From contig JAUVYS010000001.1 in NCBI GenBank assembly GCA_030602965.1, positions 1 to 62,838 of the forward strand: 62,838 bases of DNA, in the 5' to 3' direction. This stretch comes from Candidatus Bathyarchaeota archaeon (lineage in GTDB: Archaea; Thermoproteota; Bathyarchaeia; RBG-16-48-13; JAGMEO01). The notes below the pieces were generated by a model. It searched no databases and was not told the DNA's origin. It saw only the letters and a list, made by a program, of their open reading frames with translations. Below, in pieces: positions 47,483 to 56,850 of this stretch. Each line of letters begins with the position of its first letter. Position 1 is the stretch's first letter. Made by a program: the position numbers and the translations under genes.

Positions 47483-49366
47483 ATGGGGCCTCAAAGGCGT
47501 TGTTATTTTATGTCAAACGATAATCTGCACATTCGTAAGGCGGTTAGGCATTATGCTTCACTATTTACATTTCCGAGTCATAAAGTCTTGTTACTTTTTC
47601 TACTTCTTTTGAACACGATCAGCGCTATGTTTGCGTTTGGAATATTTTTTCCCTCATACGAAGGTCTTAGTATTGGTCTTTTATATGGTCTTTTAGTGTT
47701 GACACTTCCAACGTTAATAAGTGATTTATTTGTCAAATTTGTCATTGCAAAAAACGAAATCGTATTGAATCTTCGAAGATGCACCGCTCTGTCTCTAGTT
47801 TCTTGCATCTTTTGGGAAAGCTCATTAATTGCTGGAAGTCTCATTCAAAACTTATTTCATAATTATTTGATTATAATTTATGCTTCAATTTTTGGTATGA
47901 GTGGAATGATTGCTCTGCGCCTTCTGGTGTTTAGCAGCGTTTCTTTCCTTGATGAAAGTAAAGCAATCTTGTCAACAATAATCCAACCTCTATTATGTTT
48001 TACTTCAGGAATCCTCTTTTTTAAAACAGATTATGTGCCCTTGCTTTTAGTTAATCTAGAATTCCAAGATGTACGTTTCCTATTAATTGCGTTTTTTTCA
48101 AGCTTGTTAATTCTAGTATCAACAAGACTCTTCATTCATCTTGTTGATAGACATGGAAAAAAATCGGTAGGAATCGGGGCAATAGTACTCTTAAAAAGTT
48201 TCATAGCTAATTGGACTGAAGGGACAACTTCATTTATAGAGTCACATTTCGAAAAACTTGGCATCGAAACTACAATCCCTGTAACCATGCTAGCTTTTAG
48301 AAAAAAAGACCAGTCAAAAGCTGTTATGGTGATCCCTCTTTTTCATCCAGGACCATTTAAAAACATAGGAAGCAGTAATTTACCGTTTCATATTCAAAAA
48401 ATGTTGGAGAAAAAACTAGGCGCTATAGTAGTTGTACCTCATGGCACATCAGGTCACGATTTTAATCTGGCTTCACAAAAACAATGTGATAAAGTACTTC
48501 AAGGAATAAACAACTTGGCCACTTTTAAAGACTTTAATTCTAAGGCAACGAAACTATTTCGTGGAAAGAGTGGTTCTGCAAAAGCAACGTGTCAATTCTT
48601 TGGAGATGTTGGCTTAGTTACCGTAACCCGTGCACCTAATAATGTGGAGGATGTTCCATTCGAGGTCGGGATAAATATCGCTTCCAAAGGAGTAAATTCA
48701 GGAGCTAAACACATCGCAGTGATAGATGCACACAATAGTATTAAACCAGGTCACAAAATACCCATATTAACTGATATCGAATTATGTGAAATTCAAAAAG
48801 CAGCTGAATCCGCGATAAATTTAGCTTTGAAAGGAAAAAGATCTGTTTTTAAAACAGGGGCTTCAAGAGTAGTGCCATCTAAATGGGGTTTGGAACAAGG
48901 ATTAGGCCCTGGTGGTATAGCTACCTTTGTTTTTCAAGTTGAAGAACAAAAAGCTGTATACATAGTTCTTGATGGAAATAATGTAGTAAGTGGCCTACGA
49001 GAAAAAATTCTGGATGGCCTTAGAGATTTAAACATAGATGACGGGGAGGTTTTAACAACCGACTGTCACGCCGTAAATGCAATTGAGCTAGTTAAGAAAG
49101 GATACAACGCAATAGGCGAAGTTATTGATCATAAAGAAATTGTTCTCAAAATAAAAGAAACAGTATCTAAGGCACTACAGAATTTGCAAAGATCTGACGT
49201 AGCATATAAGATAGGAGAGATAAATAAAGTAAAAACGTTAGGAAAAGCCAATCTAATCAAACTTAGCCTACTGATTGACTTTGCCTTCAACAGAGCAAAG
49301 ATGTACGCACTAATAATTTTTCCATCTGCCATTTTAGCAATTATATTACTCTTCTTTTTATTCTAA
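47483..49366 (+). CDS. Polytopic membrane protein with large C-terminal soluble domain (DUF2070-like)
   Basis: About 6 N-terminal TM helices, PLFHPGPFKNIGSSNLP...VVPHGTSGHDFNL segment, terminal TM. Family name from memory. Confidence 0.55.
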   Translation: MGPQRRCYFMSNDNLHIRKAVRHYASLFTFPSHKVLLLFLLLLNTISAMFAFGIFFPSYEGLSIGLLYGLLVLTLPTLISDLFVKFVIAKNEIVLNLRRCTALSLVSCIFWESSLIAGSLIQNLFHNYLIIIYASIFGMSGMIALRLLVFSSVSFLDESKAILSTIIQPLLCFTSGILFFKTDYVPLLLVNLEFQDVRFLLIAFFSSLLILVSTRLFIHLVDRHGKKSVGIGAIVLLKSFIANWTEGTTSFIESHFEKLGIETTIPVTMLAFRKKDQSKAVMVIPLFHPGPFKNIGSSNLPFHIQKMLEKKLGAIVVVPHGTSGHDFNLASQKQCDKVLQGINNLATFKDFNSKATKLFRGKSGSAKATCQFFGDVGLVTVTRAPNNVEDVPFEVGINIASKGVNSGAKHIAVIDAHNSIKPGHKIPILTDIELCEIQKAAESAINLALKGKRSVFKTGASRVVPSKWGLEQGLGPGGIATFVFQVEEQKAVYIVLDGNNVVSGLREKILDGLRDLNIDDGEVLTTDCHAVNAIELVKKGYNAIGEVIDHKEIVLKIKETVSKALQNLQRSDVAYKIGEINKVKTLGKANLIKLSLLIDFAFNRAKMYALIIFPSAILAIILLFFLF

Positions 49367-49509
49367 TTACTGCTCTAACACTATGAGACATACTTATTTC
49401 GATTAAATAAGAAGAGTTAAAAGAAACAAAAATGATAAAAGCTACAAAATTCTAGGAAGTTAATCTCAAAAAGTACTAAAAAAAATAAAATATCTTGTGA
49501 GGCCAAAAC

Positions 49510-49797
49510 ATGACTGAAAAAGCTCAAGAAAACATTGTCTTAATTGGAACAAAGCCAGTTATGAATTATATTGTAGCATGCATGACATACTTTAACGCAG
49601 GATCGAACAACGTAATCTTAAAGGCAAGAGGACGTGCTACAAGCCTCGCGGTTGATGTAGTTGAAGTTTTACGGCGTTCTTTCATAAAGGATTTGGAGAT
49701 AAAGAAAATTAACATAGGAACTGAAGAATTGAAAAGGTATGAAGGTCAAACCACTAATGTTTCAACTCTCGAAATAGTAATATCAAAACCAAAATAA
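49510..49797 (+). CDS. albA: DNA/RNA-binding protein Alba
   Basis: NIVLIGTKPVMNYIVACMTYFNAGSNNVILKARGRATSLAVDVVEVLRR is the Alba signature. Confidence 0.9.
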   Translation: MTEKAQENIVLIGTKPVMNYIVACMTYFNAGSNNVILKARGRATSLAVDVVEVLRRSFIKDLEIKKINIGTEELKRYEGQTTNVSTLEIVISKPK

Positions 49798-49914
49798 AAG
49801 ACAAGTAACAAACATCTCACTGAAATCCTTCAAACCTTTCCCAATAACTTTGGAAAATAGATTTTTTATAAAATGTTTATGTCAATATAAACGCTACGAA
49901 TATGAGGATTAATC

Positions 49915-51255
49915 ATGAGTAAGTTTCCAAAAATAGTTGTTTCTCCTCCCGGGCCAAAGGCCAGAGAATTTCTACGGGAAGACGAGAAATTAATTTCCGC
50001 TTCGTATGTAAAGGGATACCCCCTAGTAGTAAAATCAGCAAGTGGATGCATCGTAAAGGATGTTGATGATAATGAATATATCGATTTTAACTCTGGCGTG
50101 GCAGTTATGAATGTCGGGCACTGCCACCCCAGAGTCATCGAAGCGATTAAAACACAATCAGAAAGGCTAATTCATTACTCTACAGATTTTTATTACGATG
50201 TGTTGTTAGAGCTTGCAAAAAAAATGAACAGGTTAACACCTGGTGGGTTCTTAAAAAAAGTTTTTTATGCGAATAGTGGAACAGAATCTGTTGAAACAGC
50301 AATTAAACTAGTCAAATGGCACACAAGAAAACATCGATTTCTTGCTTTCATTGGAGCTTTTCATGGAAGAACTCTTGGTGCTCTGAGTTTTACGGCAAGT
50401 AAACCAGTTCAACAAAGATACTTTTTCCCACTTTTACCTGGAGTCACACATGTACCATATCCTTATTGTTATAGGTGCTCGTTTAAACAAACATATCCAG
50501 AATGCAATTATTATTGTATTGATTTTATTGATGAATTTGTTCTTCAAAAATATGTCCCTCCAGAAGAAACAGCAGCTATAATATTCGAGCCAATTCTGGG
50601 CGAAGGAGGCTATGTTGTTCCCCCTCAAGAATATTTTAAACGCTTGAAGAAGCTTGCAGACAGGTATGATATACTTCTAATAGATGATGAAATTCAAGCA
50701 GGAATTGGGAGAACGGGACGCTGGTTTGCTATCGAACACTGGGGAGTAAAACCAGACATACTTTGTATAGCTAAAGCTATAGCATCAGGGCTTCCATTAA
50801 GTGTGACTGTTGCCAACGAGAAACTCATGGACTGGGAGGCAGGTTCTCATGCAAACACGTTTGGTGGAAATCCAGTTGCGTGTGCAGCAGCTTTAGCTGT
50901 AATCGAGATAATAAAAACAGAGAATCTTCTTGATAACGCACTGAAGCAGGGCGACTATATAATTAAACGACTGAAGGAGATGCAAGACAAATATTCGATT
51001 ATTGGTGATGTTAGAGGTAAAGGTCTCATGATAGGGCTAGAAATAGTCAAAGATTTGGACACTAAAGAACCTGGAAAAAAAGAAGCTAGAGAGATAATAC
51101 TTAGAAGTTGGAGAAGAGGAGTAACTGTACTTACATGTGGCGTTTCTACTATTCGAATCTTCCCTCCTTTAACAATTACACGGGATCTCATCGATAGCGG
51201 GTTGGAAATAATCGAGGCATCAATAAAAGACGTAGAAAAAGAAGTTAAATTATAA
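49915..51255 (+). CDS. Class III PLP aminotransferase (GabT/ArgD-like)
   Basis: GVAVMNVGHCHP, ANSGTESVE, DEIQAGIGRTGRWFA and AKAIASGLPLS (PLP Lys). Substrate not determinable. Confidence 0.85.
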   Translation: MSKFPKIVVSPPGPKAREFLREDEKLISASYVKGYPLVVKSASGCIVKDVDDNEYIDFNSGVAVMNVGHCHPRVIEAIKTQSERLIHYSTDFYYDVLLELAKKMNRLTPGGFLKKVFYANSGTESVETAIKLVKWHTRKHRFLAFIGAFHGRTLGALSFTASKPVQQRYFFPLLPGVTHVPYPYCYRCSFKQTYPECNYYCIDFIDEFVLQKYVPPEETAAIIFEPILGEGGYVVPPQEYFKRLKKLADRYDILLIDDEIQAGIGRTGRWFAIEHWGVKPDILCIAKAIASGLPLSVTVANEKLMDWEAGSHANTFGGNPVACAAALAVIEIIKTENLLDNALKQGDYIIKRLKEMQDKYSIIGDVRGKGLMIGLEIVKDLDTKEPGKKEAREIILRSWRRGVTVLTCGVSTIRIFPPLTITRDLIDSGLEIIEASIKDVEKEVKL

Positions 51256-52824
51256 TCTTAAGTTTATTTGTCTATTTGATTCTTTGATCGGTTTATGTAA
51301 CAATTCAATTCGAGAAGAGGAATTAGAAGAAATCTCTAAGCCACCATTAAAGCTTGTTTTTACATAAGCATTTATTATACGTAACCATGTCTTATCAGTA
51401 AGATTTTGCACTTCATTAGCTAAAGCTCTCCAAAGCGTTACTCTTATTTCTCCAGTTGAGTCACGTATCTTGGTAAACGCAACATTTACTTTCTCGCCTT
51501 TCTTTGTTGTTACTTCCTTAAATTCTACAGGTTCAATAACAGACCCCTCAACTGTTACATTGCTTAATCCTAGTTTTAGGCGATTAATTGGTGTTATCTG
51601 CACTGTTTTTTCCTTGAGTGCTTGTAATTCTTTTACTCCAGGCATTTTAGGGTTTTTTATTATTGCACCGGTTTTTCCTAGGTTAAGGTTAATGCCTTGT
51701 ATGCTCTCTCGGGTGTATGCGCCTTCAATAAGTATCACATCGTTTTTAGATACATGTTCTAAGGAGTCAACTTGGTCGTTCCACATAGCGAGTCTGATTA
51801 ATCCGGTTTCATCCATTAATGTTAAGTCCTTGATCTGTCCATTCTCACCAGACTGGAGATTAAATTTTCTCAATTGACCAACTTGAACAACTCTTGCTAG
51901 TACATTAATGTTTGACATGTTTGATTTCAATTTGCTAATCTTTGTTAGAATTAATAGAGGTTCTTTGATCTCAAATTGTGCCTCTGATAGAATATTAACT
52001 TGGCAATTTGTTCCGGCATGAAGTTCTTTTTCTTCATATAATCCTTTTCTAGCTTGTGCTCCAATAACATGTACCCAATCACCTCTTTTAACACTGTTAA
52101 CAGAATCTACTTTTTCATTCCAAAGAACTAATCTAATTCTACCAGAATCATCAACAATTTCAACACGTCGTAATCTTCCTCTTCTATTTTCTCCCTTCTC
52201 AAATCTTGACTCTGGAAAAATTTGAGAAACAGCCCCAATCACGTTAACATACTTTTCATTCCCTTCTAATTCACTAATTTTACGGAAGAAATCCTTTTTC
52301 ATAGGAAAATTGTCAGGGTCAATATCAAATGGAGAAACACTTATTGTTCCTCTTGATCCTACATTTAACTCTAAAGTATTACCTAACCCCTCTCTAACAT
52401 ATCCATGATATATTCTAACTATCTGATTTCCAGAGATTCTTTTTTGAGCCAGAGTGTTGGCGTTTTTATCCCATAAAGCAACACCTATGACTCCAGTCTT
52501 ATCAGCTACAATTATCTTCACAATCTTCCCCTCTGTTCCGTCAGAACGAGAAAAGGTTTTTATGGGAGAAATAGAGAGTACTCGACCCGTAATCGTTACA
52601 TCGTTTGCGCCATTGATTAAGTCTTTAATCATAACTTTTGTTTTTAACTCGCCTTCTTGTATACGAACTGCTAACTCAGAGGCAACAATATATGCAGCTC
52701 CTTCATCTGTCAACAATCCATCAGAAGCTTGCTTTTTTTCTTTAATCATCTTATTGACAGTTTCATGTGTAAGCTCACGGCGTGAAGATAGAATTCGATT
52801 AATAATTTCAGCGAGAGTTAACAT
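51250..52824 (-). CDS. Replication protein A (ssDNA-binding, four tandem OB folds)
   Basis: Four repeats of the pattern V.I.GRV..I...R.F....G..G....L.L.DETG.IR..LW. Confidence 0.8.
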   Translation of the reverse strand: MLTLAEIINRILSSRRELTHETVNKMIKEKKQASDGLLTDEGAAYIVASELAVRIQEGELKTKVMIKDLINGANDVTITGRVLSISPIKTFSRSDGTEGKIVKIIVADKTGVIGVALWDKNANTLAQKRISGNQIVRIYHGYVREGLGNTLELNVGSRGTISVSPFDIDPDNFPMKKDFFRKISELEGNEKYVNVIGAVSQIFPESRFEKGENRRGRLRRVEIVDDSGRIRLVLWNEKVDSVNSVKRGDWVHVIGAQARKGLYEEKELHAGTNCQVNILSEAQFEIKEPLLILTKISKLKSNMSNINVLARVVQVGQLRKFNLQSGENGQIKDLTLMDETGLIRLAMWNDQVDSLEHVSKNDVILIEGAYTRESIQGINLNLGKTGAIIKNPKMPGVKELQALKEKTVQITPINRLKLGLSNVTVEGSVIEPVEFKEVTTKKGEKVNVAFTKIRDSTGEIRVTLWRALANEVQNLTDKTWLRIINAYVKTSFNGGLEISSNSSSRIELLHKPIKESNRQINLRL

Positions 52825-52869
52825 TCCAGTTTATACGCCTCTTGTAGTGAAAGATTAAAATATAATCTA

Positions 52870-53307
52870 TTGAAGATAACTTTTATTGAGGATTTCAGTT
52901 TGTCCAAGAAAGTTACTAAAAAAGAGAAAGATAAGCCAAATTACGTCTCAAGAGAGAATATGGTTGGAAAACAAGTTATCGATGCAGAAGGCATGATCGT
53001 TGGAAGTGTAAGTGACATATCAGTGGATATTGAAGCTAAAAAGATCGCGTTTAACGTAAATACAAGGTCTGGAGCCAAAATTGACATTGCAAGTGAAGAT
53101 GTAGGTCAAGTTGGTGATGTTATTCTTTTAAAGAAAACAGTAGAAGCTGAAGTTATAATGCCAAAAGATGAGAAAACACAAGTTGCAGCATCGAAGGAAG
53201 GAGTAACATCTACAGCTCCTTCTGCGCCTGGTAAATGTAAGACCTGTGGATATGTAAACGATCCTACTGCGAAGTTCTGTATTAAATGTGGTACAAAACT
53301 AAAATAA
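52870..53307 (+). CDS. PRC-barrel domain protein with C-terminal zinc ribbon
   Basis: MVGKQVIDAEGMIVGSVSDISVDIEAKKIAF (PRC barrel) and CKTCGYVNDPTAKFCIKCG. TTG start at 52870 or ATG at 52960. Confidence 0.7.
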   Translation: MKITFIEDFSLSKKVTKKEKDKPNYVSRENMVGKQVIDAEGMIVGSVSDISVDIEAKKIAFNVNTRSGAKIDIASEDVGQVGDVILLKKTVEAEVIMPKDEKTQVAASKEGVTSTAPSAPGKCKTCGYVNDPTAKFCIKCGTKLK

Positions 53308-53430
53308 CTACCTAAACCTTTTCTGATTTATCAGATTCAAAAAAGTGTTCAATTTAGTTATCCCAGAAAAGGTGTGTTCTAGAGTATTCTCTTTCAGCTC
53401 AGAATTTCTAAGATAAATTCATCATCATTT

Positions 53431-54317
53431 CTAAAGGGTTTTCTGAGTATTCATGTTGCAGTATAGGGTCCAACACCTCTTCCAGCCATGGCAATAATAG
53501 CTGGACGGTCGTAGGTTTATATTAAACTTGCAGCTTCTCCATGCTGTTACCCACTTTTTCTCCTCCTCTTTTGATAACTTTCGTCCAACGCTCCGCCTTT
53601 TAGCAATCTTTGTGTCATCAGCAGTAGTTATTGGGCTTTCAACTTGAACCTCAAAATCTTTTAACTCAACTGATTTGACGATTTTGACTGTTCTTTTCTC
53701 TCCGTCTAGAAACTTAGCAATCAAGTCAGGACTTCCAACCGTTGCTGAAATTCCTATTCTTTGAAAATCGCTTACAGTTATCTCGCGAAGTCTTTCAAGC
53801 CAATTAGAAAGTTGGGCTCCGCGTTTATTAGTTGATATCTCATGTATCTCATCAACAATTACCCATTTTATTGTTCTAAGGGGTTCTCGCACTCTTCGCC
53901 CAGGAAGGATGGCTTGCAGTGTTTCTGGCGTCGTTATTAGCGTGTTTGGTGGTTTCAAAGCTGGCTTTCTTCTTGCACTGGTTGATACGTCTCCATGTCT
54001 AACTTGTACATTTATATCGAGCTGGTGTCAATCTCTATCATTCATCTTAAAACGTCTCGATTCAAAGCACGAAGAGGCATAATATATATTATTTAAATTC
54101 AGAGACGTCCCCTTTGAAGCATAACTGCATAAACTATTCTAATATTGGGAATACAGTAGCTTCAGTTTTTCCTGTGCCAGTTGGAGCAATGAATAGTGTA
54201 TTTTTACCACTTAATTCTTGGTATCGCAAGTTTCTGAGCTTCAGTTGGTTCTTTCCAACCCAGCCTTTCTATCTCTTTTTTTAAGGGGTTAGAAAGAAGA
54301 GAGAAGACATTACTCAT
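53431..54317 (-). pseudogene. Lhr-like DEAD/DEAH-box helicase remnant (heavily degraded and truncated)
   Basis: MSNVFSLLSNPLKKEIERLGWKEPTEAQKLAIPRIK, then APTGTGKTEATVFPIL, YIMPLRALNRDV, RHGD and KPPNTLITTPETLQAIL...VIVDEIHE...ISATVG are spread over all three frames with several stops. The usual C-terminal two-thirds of Lhr is absent. Confidence 0.75.
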
Positions 54318-54404
54318 AAGAATGTTTTACTCATCAGTATTTAATGACAAATACTAAAACTTACCGAAAAAACGGAGCCTTGTTGGGATATAAGTTATCT
54401 GTAA

Positions 54405-54524
54405 TTATTCGCGTTCTTTTCTGTAAATCATGTAGAGGAAAGCTAAGGCTAAGGTCACTATCACCATCACTATAATGATGTCATAAAGAAGACCAAAAAA
54501 TTCCTCTGACAACTTTTCCACCAT
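54405..54524 (-). CDS. Possible 39-aa single-TM micro-protein
   Basis: ATG ORF MVEKLSEEFFGLLYDIIIVMVIVTLALAFLYMIYRKERE. Only hydrophobicity supports it. Confidence 0.2.
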   Translation of the reverse strand: MVEKLSEEFFGLLYDIIIVMVIVTLALAFLYMIYRKERE

Positions 54525-54577
54525 TTCTGAAGAAGTAATATTTTATTGGTATTTAAGATGCTTCTTTTTCTTCTATT

Positions 54578-55123
54578 TTATGAAAGGTTTTCCCCTTGAA
54601 ATATGCCATTATAAGCCTTGTTGTTTGGATTAGATAGTCTTAAAAAAATGATCTGGGTAATTCTCGCATTTCTTTTAATTTTTAGTCCAAAAGGGTTGTG
54701 AACATTTAGCAACGCTTCACTCCGTCCTCTATATCCTGCATCCCAAATAGCAGTTTCTAGCGAAGCGCCACTTCGAAGTAAACTTGATCTTGGTCTTGCG
54801 AAAGCCACAAGGTCACACGGCATACTGATTACTTCGTTGAAAACAATTTTGTAAGCTCCTTTGATAACATGGATCCATCCTTCATTATCAAAAACCAATT
54901 TCTGTGTCTTTGAAACCACTCTTTTGTTGTTGGTTAAATCGAGTGCTCCTTCAGATACAAATTTTTCGATTTTTTTTACTGTGAGGTCGATGCCGTTCGT
55001 ACCAATTTGCTTTTTCTCATCGATAAGTCCATCAATCAAAGGAGGGTTTGTTCTTAATCTCTTCAAAAGATCTTTTCTTCCAAGAACGGTACCGCTCTGC
55101 TCAAACCTTTCTCTTCTTGCCAT
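54578..55123 (-). CDS. dCTP deaminase/dUTPase-family protein
   Basis: GTNGIDLTV and RPRSSLLRSGASLETAIWDAGYRGRSEALLNVHN...ARITQIIFLRL follow the archaeal dUTPase/dCTP deaminase pattern. The track ORF starts at GTG 55135; ATG 55123 is preferred. Confidence 0.8.
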   Translation of the reverse strand: MARRERFEQSGTVLGRKDLLKRLRTNPPLIDGLIDEKKQIGTNGIDLTVKKIEKFVSEGALDLTNNKRVVSKTQKLVFDNEGWIHVIKGAYKIVFNEVISMPCDLVAFARPRSSLLRSGASLETAIWDAGYRGRSEALLNVHNPFGLKIKRNARITQIIFLRLSNPNNKAYNGIFQGENLS

Positions 55124-55412
55124 GTTTGACTTCACAGTTTTTGGTTATTTTGGGACATATTCTTCCAATTTCTGAAGCATCCTTCTCTTTTCCTTTTTCT
55201 CTGTATTGGGCATTCTCTTTTCTTAGTATTAGAAACCAAATAGCTGATGCAATGATAGTCATAACGATGAATCCATAGAAAGCGATGTTTATGAGAAAGA
55301 TCCCTAAATAAACACTGCCAAGCTGTGTCAAGTTTATTAAAACACATCCATAAAGTAATAAGCCTATAGGAATTAACCATAGCCCAATTAAAATAATGTA
55401 AACAAGCCTCAT
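55101..55412 (-). CDS. Hypothetical small membrane protein
   Basis: Three hydrophobic helices followed by a Lys-rich tail. Overlaps the start of the dUTPase-family gene. Confidence 0.4.
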   Translation of the reverse strand: MRLVYIILIGLWLIPIGLLLYGCVLINLTQLGSVYLGIFLINIAFYGFIVMTIIASAIWFLILRKENAQYREKGKEKDASEIGRICPKITKNCEVKHGKKRKV

Positions 55413-55515
55413 GTCTTTTCAACCGAAATGTTACAGAGCACTCATTATGATCTAGCGTGTTTTGGTTTTTATTGTTTAGGCGGACTCGTATAATTGTCTT
55501 TGATTGTAGAAATAG

Positions 55516-55588
55516 AGCCGGGGACCGGATTTGAACCGGTGTGAAGCCGGTCTGCAGCCGACCGCCTCAACCACTCAGCCACCCCGGC
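55516..55588 (-). tRNA. tRNA-Cys (anticodon GCA), intron-less
   Basis: Minus strand GCCGGGG-TG-GCTGAGTGGTTGAGGC-GGTCGG CTGCAGA CCGGC-TTCAC-ACCGG TTCAAAT CCGGT-CCCCGGC-T. Discriminator U is typical of Cys. Confidence 0.9.
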
Positions 55589-55635
55589 TTTTATATCAGC
55601 AAAATATGGTTTTTGTTTTAATGAGCTTTAATTTT

Positions 55636-55893
55636 TCATAATATAATTAACTCAGTTCCTAACGCTTCTCCAGGGAGACCTTTTCTAAACCTCGCTTTAA
55701 GAGTGCCTTTTCTACCGTGAATGCCAACAATTTTACCTATAAGACGATTGCCATTTGGACTGTTCCAAATTATTTTTCTTCCAATATACATTGCCGCCTT
55801 GTTTCTATCATTTGCACCTTCCACTTTTACCAAAGCATACTTATTTTGTTGAGTGCATTGTCCGCCTTGGTAGTTAACAAACAGTGCTCTCAT
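55636..55893 (-). CDS. rpl35ae: Ribosomal protein L35Ae (eL33)
   Basis: GKIVGIHGRKGTLKARFRKGLPGEALG is the L35Ae signature. Confidence 0.9.
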   Translation of the reverse strand: MRALFVNYQGGQCTQQNKYALVKVEGANDRNKAAMYIGRKIIWNSPNGNRLIGKIVGIHGRKGTLKARFRKGLPGEALGTELIIL

Positions 55894-55968
55894 GATTATT
55901 TTGCTCCTTTGAAAACAGGTTGCTAGGGTCTAAAGCGTCATTCAATCCTTTATAATGGTTTCTCACAT

Positions 55969-56838
55969 TCACATCAACATTTGTTTTACTGCAAGTTCTC
56001 TTACTTTAGCAAGGTTTACATAATCGTCTCCACGTGAATCGATTGGAGTTTCCAATATGAGGGGCAGCTGTTTGATAGCTTCATTTTTAAGGATTATTTT
56101 AAACCCGTTCTCTCCTATGAAACCTAATCCTATATGTTCATGTCTATCGGTGTGGCTTCCCAGATCGCCTTTTGAGTCATTTAAATGAACGACTTTAAGA
56201 AGATTCAAGCCAATTACTTCATCCAAATGTTTTAGTGTATTAACAAGAGCTTTTCTCTCTCTAAGTTCATAGCCAGCAGAAAAAGCATGGCATGTATCAA
56301 AGCATATAGCAACTCTGCTTTTCTGTTCAACTCTGCTGATAATGTGTTGAAGATCTTCGAAGGCGCCACCTACACTGTTCTTTGTTCCTGCAGTGTTTTC
56401 TAACAAAATAATTACATCATTATCAATTGTTGAGAGAGCCTTATTACATGCTTCAGCCACTCGGTTATATCCAGCTTCTATTCCTGTTCCAAGATGACTT
56501 CCCAGATGAATTACACAGTAAGGAATGTTAAGTAATCCGCATCGATGAACTTCGGCAATAAGGCTGTCAACTGACTTCTTATAGATGTGTTTTTTTGGAG
56601 AGGCAAGATTTGGTAGATATGGCATATGCGCCACAACTGGTGCTATTTCTAAATCACTTAACTTTGAAGTGAACTTCTTTATGTTTTCTTCAGATAGATC
56701 TTTGAACGCCCATCCTCTTGGATTTCGAGTAAATATTTGAAAAGTGTCACATCCGCGTTCTAACGCTCTATCATTCGCAAGATCAATTGAACCTGAAATA
56801 GATACATGAACGCCAATTTTCAAGAAAGAAATCTCCAA
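55969..56838 (-). CDS. nfo: Endonuclease IV (deoxyribonuclease IV)
   Basis: TIM-barrel AP endonuclease motifs: HMPYLPNLASP, HLGSH, LENTAG, CFDTCHAFSAGY, HLNDSK...GSHTDRHEHIG. Confidence 0.9.
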   Translation of the reverse strand: MEISFLKIGVHVSISGSIDLANDRALERGCDTFQIFTRNPRGWAFKDLSEENIKKFTSKLSDLEIAPVVAHMPYLPNLASPKKHIYKKSVDSLIAEVHRCGLLNIPYCVIHLGSHLGTGIEAGYNRVAEACNKALSTIDNDVIILLENTAGTKNSVGGAFEDLQHIISRVEQKSRVAICFDTCHAFSAGYELRERKALVNTLKHLDEVIGLNLLKVVHLNDSKGDLGSHTDRHEHIGLGFIGENGFKIILKNEAIKQLPLILETPIDSRGDDYVNLAKVRELAVKQMLM

Positions 56839-56850
56839 AAATAAAAAAAA

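Noticed and set aside
53405-53431. ATGATGA (C-box-like) on the minus strand followed by CTGA motifs.
   Set aside because: The spacing does not fit a 50-70-nt C/D sRNA, and the region is the decayed 3' end of the Lhr pseudogene.
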